A stretch of DNA of 64,000 nt from an uncultured virus (IMG/VR IMGVR_UViG_3300021420_000030) (taxonomy: Duplodnaviria > Heunggongvirae > Uroviricota > Caudoviricetes). Under the pieces are notes generated by a model. That model saw only the letters and a list, made by a program, of their open reading frames with translations. It did not search any database and was not told the DNA's origin. This document shows positions 58,484-64,000 of the stretch, piece by piece. Position numbers and translations under genes: made by a program. The stretch lies in IMG/VR virus record IMGVR_UViG_3300021420_000030. One strand, 5' to 3'. Positions within the stretch are counted from its first letter, which is position 1. Every line of letters starts with the position of its first letter.

Positions 58484-59007
58484 TATTTATAGATATCCCA
58501 GTCGTTGGTGGAGGGGTTATGGACGCGCCAGCCGCCTTCCGGTCCCGTATTTGGCTGAATGGAATCCGGGGTATAGGGGATCTCCAGATTGTCCATTAAT
58601 TTACCGATGACCGCTTGTGGGCTCATGGTGTAAACGCCGTGGTAGACGTTAGAGTTTTCCAGCGGCGCGTATTGAATGTCGGGTGGTTTAGGTGGTGTCC
58701 ATTGTGTTCCAACGCGTGGGGCAAAGGATGCTACCTGAGATGCGATATCGTTCAGCCTAGATGAAAACGAATTCGCCCGATCGGGATGCACCAGACTGGG
58801 AACCAGAAACTGTAATCCGGAGGCCATCGCGTTTTGCTTGGCGGTGGGCTTATCGCCATAGGGGCGGAGACTCCCGGTATTGTGATTCACTTCAAATAAC
58901 TGATCCCCGATCGAAAGCAGGCCGGACTTCAGCGGGGGATTCGATAATATCGAGGACTGTGGTTTGGGCTGCGGCAACGCCGGAGCCAATGGATCATTGG
59001 TCGACAT
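58483..59007 (-). CDS. Pro-rich hypothetical protein
   Basis: GAGG RBS. Confidence 0.55.
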   Translation of the reverse strand: MSTNDPLAPALPQPKPQSSILSNPPLKSGLLSIGDQLFEVNHNTGSLRPYGDKPTAKQNAMASGLQFLVPSLVHPDRANSFSSRLNDIASQVASFAPRVGTQWTPPKPPDIQYAPLENSNVYHGVYTMSPQAVIGKLMDNLEIPYTPDSIQPNTGPEGGWRVHNPSTNDWDIYK

Positions 59008-59494
59008 ACGTCAATACCCTCTGGGCCACGGACTCCGGTGAAAAACCGGAGGGACTTTTCTGGAACATTACCCAATAGGTTGAAGTCTTTCTATGATTCA
59101 ACGTAGAAACAGCGTGGCCAAACATGGGCTGCCAACCTTCAATCCAGGAAAGAAGAGTGTTTAGACGAACGTCGTGTGTGCTCCATTTGAGAGCCATCAG
59201 AGCGTTCCCCGTGGAACAGCGGAAAGCCTCCTTTACCGAATCGGTCACCGTCGATCGGATATCTTCCGCTTCGTATGCGCCGTAGAACTTCGCCATGTCC
59301 GTTCCTTTCCCATGCATCATATGCGGGGGGTCAAAGACAATCAAATCAAAAGTCCCTTCCTTAAAAGGAAGATGGCGGGTATCGCAGCAGACGGTGGGGT
59401 TCATGGACAAACGGTGATCGACAAAGACGGTATCGGGGTTGAGCCGGTTGAACCAGACTTTCCGGTGACCGGCGGACATATCTAGGATACGCAT
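58994..59494 (-). CDS. Phage SAM-dependent methyltransferase (amino-DNA MTase-like)
   Basis: ILDMSAG...W; LPF..GTFDLIVFDPPH; KW; TYWVMF. Confidence 0.8.
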   Translation of the reverse strand: MRILDMSAGHRKVWFNRLNPDTVFVDHRLSMNPTVCCDTRHLPFKEGTFDLIVFDPPHMMHGKGTDMAKFYGAYEAEDIRSTVTDSVKEAFRCSTGNALMALKWSTHDVRLNTLLSWIEGWQPMFGHAVSTLNHRKTSTYWVMFQKSPSGFSPESVAQRVLTYVDQ

Positions 59495-59851
59495 TGGGGA
59501 CAGAGCCAGGAGCGGTGATAGTCGTGCACCTTGGCGTAGAGGATCTCCCCGTTGTTGCGTTTCAATCCCCGCAGCATGGAACCGGTACAGGGCTCACAGA
59601 TGAAGATCGTATGGCAGTCCTCACAGCGATGACGGCGGAGACCATAACAGGCGGAGGTTCGACTCTTCCCCCTGAAGTTTCTCTGGGAACCCATACGGCT
59701 AGGATAGGGAGTCCTGGTTGGGAAAGCAAGAGGTAAAACACAAAAGCCGGAGATTTGCTCCCCGGCCTCTGTGTGCAAAATTTAATGAGATACTCCCCCC
59801 GTAAAGGAAGTGTTGTAAAAGTAGCATGAATAGGTATAGGCTTGTCAAGCC

Positions 59852-60124
59852 ATGGATCGCAAAATCCATATGAGGTATTCGACAGCCCATAAGAACTCCT
59901 GGATCCAAACCCCCTCTCTCGCATGGAAACTGGCCCATCGCGCCGGTACCGATCCGACATTCAATCCCATTAGCCCGATCGACCGGATGCCCCTGGACCC
60001 ACCCCACGGCCCCACCACGGAACGCTTAACGATTCAATCTCTCGATGGGCTCTCGGCCCTCGACGCCAAGTACGCCAAAGAACTGGAAGCAGGCCGTGCT
60101 TTGCAGAATCGACTCGATGATTAA
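59852..60124 (+). CDS. Hypothetical protein
   Basis: ORF divergent from the late operon. Confidence 0.4.
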   Translation: MDRKIHMRYSTAHKNSWIQTPSLAWKLAHRAGTDPTFNPISPIDRMPLDPPHGPTTERLTIQSLDGLSALDAKYAKELEAGRALQNRLDD

Positions 60125-60886
60125 CAGTGGCCGTCTGAGCCGCTATAAAGCTATGAATACGCCAAGCCCCCGGCATTTCTCCCGGTCACGCATGGCCATG
60201 GCCGAAGCAGAACTGATGGTGTTTCCAGTAATTGTCACCGACGCTGATGCCCCGGGAATCCACGGGGCGGTGCGGGGAATGGGACCAGCGGCCCTACCCC
60301 GGGAGCTAAGACGGGGGTTGATCCTACAAGACACCCGAGAATTCCGCCCTTTAATGGGTAATCAGGAAAGAAACCAAGCGTCCCTGAGAGTTCTCTGAAG
60401 CTCCCCACAAACCGTGGATGCTGTTCCCCTATAGCCCGTACCTCATGCAGTTGCTGTAGCCGGTTGCTACGGCGTAAGCAACACAATCGAAACAACTAAG
60501 CTCCATACTTACGGTTTTCCTGCAATGCGGCAATTATTGAGACACCAGGAAATTTTTTGGGAAAGAGCGTGGGGATGCGCCGGGCCGCGACCATGCCTCA
60601 ACCCCCTGGACAATGTATCGGGCACAATGACAATGGATATAGCGCGGATAAGGCTTGACACGCAATGGGGATGGCGGTGTGACGTTCAGTAAAGCGGGGA
60701 TGGTGTGAGACCTGAACATCCGTTAGGGACTAATGTCAAGTAAAAGGTGAATGTCTGAATCCGGAGCGAAAGCGCGAGCTTGAGCGAAGGATCGTACCTT
60801 ATGAATAAGGATTGACAATCGCGCATATATATAAGGTCCGGTAGGATACCGGATGCACGTTAGGTTAAATAAGTGCTTGTAGGCTA

Positions 60887-60916
60887 TAGACAAGTACCCA
60901 ACGCATAGGGTACAAT
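60887..60916 (+). promoter_or_regulatory. Sigma70-like promoter
   Basis: TAGACA-18 nt-TACAAT. Confidence 0.5.
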
Positions 60917-61123
60917 GTCTTCAGTTTAGTGAGAGTTTGATGTGTTGGGCTTAGGGAAGAGGTAAGCCATTTCGAGAGCCTTCGCGCTACTGCCAGCGGC
61001 GCGACAGGCGATGACCGATGTTCCTTCCCTTCGGAAAGCGCCCCGTCTGATGTATCTCTCATAAGCTCCGTATGCCTTCGGGAAACTGGGGGTAACGGTA
61101 TTCACTTGAAAGAGGATTTCGTT

Positions 61124-61861
61124 ATGGTTCGTAAGAATACAGTTGAGATCGAGGAAGTGGATTCAGTTCCAGAGAACACGGCTATCCTGAATAAGGATGG
61201 CGAAGTCACGGGGCTGAGTAACACGTTTGGGAAAGAAGCGCGGCAGTGTGCGGAGGATTTGGGTAAGGCATTGAAGGGCTCCGGTAGAAAGCTTGAGCTT
61301 TCAATCCAGCTTTATCAAGTCTATCAGCTGTGGAAGGGAGAGGATAAGACGAAGGGAACGCCGCTATTCGTTTACGAAATAATGGGCGATAAGACATGCC
61401 CGAAGTCATACGGAGCGGTCGGTAGCGATGAACGGAAAAAGGTGAACGGGAACACGGTACACAACGGTGTTCTGCATATGTTCAACAAAATTGCGAAACC
61501 GGCTATTGCCGCTCAAGAGGAGCGGGAAGCACTGGCGGAAAAGGGAGTCGATGTCAAGGACGATAAAGCGGTCATGGCTTTCAAAAAGCAACACAATGCC
61601 ACAACGAAAGCCGATAACCTGGCCGATGCGATTGCACGGTTTAATAAGTTGTGTGTGGCAATCGACCGGGACGGGATTCACAATGAGAGCAATATGAGAG
61701 AGCTGCTCTACTTCGCCGGGTATGAGAAAAACAGCGGTGAAGGCGTAGAAGCCGCATTGACGCCCAATGGTGAGAAGCTGAAAGCTGCTGCGATCTCAGC
61801 GATACTGGCAGCCCGGGGCAAGGTCGCGGTAGACGCGGTAGCCAAAGCAACAGTGAAGTAA
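61124..61861 (+). CDS. Early hypothetical protein
   Basis: GAGG RBS, 245 aa, Lys/Ala-rich. Confidence 0.75.
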   Translation: MVRKNTVEIEEVDSVPENTAILNKDGEVTGLSNTFGKEARQCAEDLGKALKGSGRKLELSIQLYQVYQLWKGEDKTKGTPLFVYEIMGDKTCPKSYGAVGSDERKKVNGNTVHNGVLHMFNKIAKPAIAAQEEREALAEKGVDVKDDKAVMAFKKQHNATTKADNLADAIARFNKLCVAIDRDGIHNESNMRELLYFAGYEKNSGEGVEAALTPNGEKLKAAAISAILAARGKVAVDAVAKATVK

Positions 61862-61867
61862 TTCGGA

Positions 61868-61899
61868 CACAGGGGACCGTAGAAATACGGTCCCCTGTG
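61868..61899 (+). other. Perfect 14-bp GAAA-tetraloop hairpin (processing site or terminator)
   Basis: CACAGGGGACCGTA-GAAA-TACGGTCCCCTGTG; no strong U tract. Confidence 0.7.
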
Positions 61900-61922
61900 C
61901 TGTGTTCCAAGAAAGGGGAAAA

Positions 61923-62069
61923 ATGAAATTTCGATTCACCCGTGAGTTTTTGTACACATCCGGATCGTATGCCTACCGTGGCTTACTCGATCCAGAAACG
62001 TATGTTGTCATGGAAGATAACTCGATACTCAACATGGCCGACGATTGCACGATTGAGTACAACGAATAA
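61923..62069 (+). CDS. Small hypothetical protein
   Basis: AAGGGG RBS, 48 aa. Confidence 0.5.
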   Translation: MKFRFTREFLYTSGSYAYRGLLDPETYVVMEDNSILNMADDCTIEYNE

Positions 62070-62089
62070 AAAGTAGGTTTACATAATAT

Positions 62090-62125
62090 GCCGCATGGGA
62101 TTTATTCTCATGCGGCTATTTTTTT
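62090..62125 (+). terminator. Intrinsic terminator
   Basis: GCCGCATGGGA/TCTCATGCGGC stem then TATTTTTTT. Confidence 0.8.
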
Positions 62126-62243
62126 GCCCATTAATGGTAGTCTGGTAGAACGTCATGTCTATAGCAATGGCACAATACACGATACATCGACACATCATAA
62201 CCAAACACGATAGGGGCGTCCGGTAGAATACCGGAGAGGAATT

Positions 62244-62672
62244 ATGGGGAATACCTTTGGACGCATTGTTGGTACGGTCTATTACGCCTGTCCCTCCTGT
62301 AACGCCGTCCATAAAGCCAACATGGACGCTACCAAACAAGAAACCCATTGTCCCTCGTGCAATACCACGTGGATTGTCGCCTTAGCCCTATGGGAAAAGC
62401 CCCGCGGCGCATGCCATGTCCCTAGAGACCAGCTCCTCATTGGAGAGAAATTTGCCAACCGCAGGCTCGCCAACCGCGTCTATTGCGATGGCTGTGGCAA
62501 AGCCCTGTGGAACGATCAAAGCCCTCTAGAGAAAAAGCCCAGAAAGCCCTATACGCGCCCTCCGGGAAAACCCACCGGAAATCCCAGGGGCAGGCCACGG
62601 CAATACCCGGAGGGCGAAAACCCCAACACGCCCCCAAAACCCTGGTGGTTTAAAAAGCCCGGACCGGAGTAA
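62244..62672 (+). CDS. Zn-finger protein with an AT-hook-like C-terminus
   Basis: CPSC x2, CDGC; PRGRPR; GAGG RBS. Confidence 0.7.
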   Translation: MGNTFGRIVGTVYYACPSCNAVHKANMDATKQETHCPSCNTTWIVALALWEKPRGACHVPRDQLLIGEKFANRRLANRVYCDGCGKALWNDQSPLEKKPRKPYTRPPGKPTGNPRGRPRQYPEGENPNTPPKPWWFKKPGPE

Positions 62673-62682
62673 AGGAGATATT

Positions 62683-62868
62683 ATGGAATTTCAGAAAGAA
62701 TTAGAATCGCTCTTGAATCGCTATAGCCGCGAGAACGCTTCCAATACGCCGGATTTCATCCTTGCGGAGTATCTCGTGAACTGTCTGGAGTCATGGAATC
62801 AGGCCACCATCCATCGTGAGAAATGGTATGGGCGCGCGCCACAGCCCTCCAAAATTCAAACAGAATAG
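62683..62868 (+). CDS. Conserved small phage protein (SNTPDFILAEYL)
   Basis: AAGGAG RBS. Confidence 0.7.
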   Translation: MEFQKELESLLNRYSRENASNTPDFILAEYLVNCLESWNQATIHREKWYGRAPQPSKIQTE

Positions 62869-62929
62869 GGATTTTGTTACACAACCTCCTTGTTTTGTTT
62901 TCAACAACATCCTGTTGTGTTACACAAAA

Positions 62930-63157
62930 TCACAGGGAAGCCCGTTGCTTCCACTCATGGATCTCTTTAAGCGCCTGTTCCAGAATCTTATTCCGTTCCT
63001 TGCAATACGGTTTGTGCTGCTTGAATAAATAGCGGGCGATATCCAGCCCGCATAGATCGCACGGAATACAACACATAATCGCGTGCTTAAAGCCCCTGTT
63101 CTGATGACATTGGCAATAACAACGATGATCGAGAACACTCTCTTTTTTTTCGCTCAT
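62930..63157 (-). CDS. Cys-rich small hypothetical protein
   Basis: CYCQCH...CCIPCDLC. Confidence 0.45.
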   Translation of the reverse strand: MSEKKESVLDHRCYCQCHQNRGFKHAIMCCIPCDLCGLDIARYLFKQHKPYCKERNKILEQALKEIHEWKQRASL

Positions 63158-63686
63158 AGACACACCAATCCTAAAAGAGAACCCCCTAAGAAGAACACTC
63201 TACAATCCGGGAACCAGATCCAAGACCACTATTCCACGGGCCTCGCACGTGTGAAATCTCTCGAACACCAAAAAAAGAACGCTTTGCGCGTTCGAGAGAT
63301 CCACGAAAGCACATTCCGTCGGGGTAGCTGCTTTCGAGATCCGACATCCATCCAGCATCATCGCCTTCCTGCGTGACCCATGACTCGGCTAATGGACCCT
63401 CGGACAGGTACTTACCGGCCTGCTGCTTACGCCTTAGCGCAGGGAGAAAAGAACGGCGCTGTAATGTCCGACAGTGGATTCAATTTTTATGAGATCCAAA
63501 CCGTTATGCATTTCAACGCTCCAAACCATTTACATTTTGAAGCGACGGTCCGGGCAACCCGGTTTGGTAGGCTGTCCTTGGTGGGAGCCAAGTAAGCCCG
63601 ACCGCACCCCAAAATTCCCATATTTCCACGCTACAGTCAAGAACTATTTTTAGAGCCTCCTCGGCCCTCCCAATGCCCGCAGGCTA

Positions 63687-63715
63687 TTGCCAAGTCCTCA
63701 ATATTTTGATATAAT
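63687..63715 (+). promoter_or_regulatory. Near-consensus sigma70 promoter
   Basis: TTGCCA-17 nt-TATAAT, extended TGn. Confidence 0.75.
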
Positions 63716-63793
63716 AGTTCTTGTAAGTGGTAATAGATTCAGTGGATTGAGAGAAGTCTCCGGTATTCGACCGGAGGGAAAGGAGACAGGAAA

Positions 63794-64000
63794 ATGGCAT
63801 TTGATCTGAATAAAGCCTTGGCTTTCCTGAGGGAGCAGGAGAAGGATGAAGCTCAGGCCAATCATAGCGATGCGGTACGCGCGGCCATCCGCATCCTGGT
63901 TCGTGCCAAAGCCCAGATTCATCAGGAGGCGATGGCGAAAGAAGCGAAGCTTGATCGTATGATTCGGCTTCTCGATGAACAGATTCCGAAAGCTCAGGCG
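63794..64000 (+). CDS. Hypothetical protein (3'-partial)
   Basis: AAGGAG RBS; runs off the window. Confidence 0.65.
   Translation, partial: MAFDLNKALAFLREQEKDEAQANHSDAVRAAIRILVRAKAQIHQEAMAKEAKLDRMIRLLDEQIPKAQA

Larger units (their letters stand above)
1..64000. mobile_element. Tailed dsDNA bacteriophage genome segment (podovirus-like), phage or prophage
   Basis: Terminase, portal, scaffold, capsid, tail, ejection and lysis genes in one long - strand operon; dense small + strand ORFs with ATGA/TAATG overlaps; no host core genes. Confidence 0.95.

Noticed and set aside
61030..61060. Hammerhead ribozyme or cobalamin riboswitch in the 60.9-61.1 kb leader
   Set aside because: CTGATGT is not CUGAUGA and the stems do not fit; no B12-box consensus
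1..64000. CRISPR array, tRNA genes, diversity-generating retroelement, integrase
   Set aside because: No regularly spaced repeat-spacer units, cloverleaf, reverse transcriptase, TR/VR pair or recombinase motif seen by eye; a tRNAscan/HMM run could still find weak cases

Overview
The window is a continuous stretch of a tailed dsDNA bacteriophage genome. It looks podovirus-like: there are ejection and tail-nozzle-type genes, and no tape measure or sheath is recognisable. I saw no host housekeeping genes, tRNAs, CRISPR array, integrase or DNA polymerase. The + strand from 1 to 22.2 kb carries many small early/middle genes, a MoxR-like AAA+/vWA pair, a ParB-like protein, RNase H, an ERF/exonuclease/resolvase recombination module, and a ~9.3 kb glycan-modification cluster (GT4, three GT2, two PLOD-like GT domains, two class I methyltransferase domains, a B12-dependent radical SAM enzyme). 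The - strand from 22.1 to 59.6 kb is the late operon: methyltransferase, terminase, portal, scaffold, major capsid, tail, ejection proteins and lysis. From 59.8 to 64 kb lie promoters, candidate structured RNAs and early genes. The main findings are: (1) at least 15 copies of a palindrome, TCCGGT-N5/6-ACCGGA, many just upstream of ribosome-binding sites; (2) an 811-nt group I intron in the major capsid gene carrying an antisense HNH gene; (3) a terminase large subunit split into two genes by a free-standing HNH gene with no splicing element; (4) a candidate -1 programmed frameshift at 9324; (5) the glycan cluster with collagen-GT-like (PLOD) enzymes. All product calls come from motifs recognised by eye; no database searches were run.
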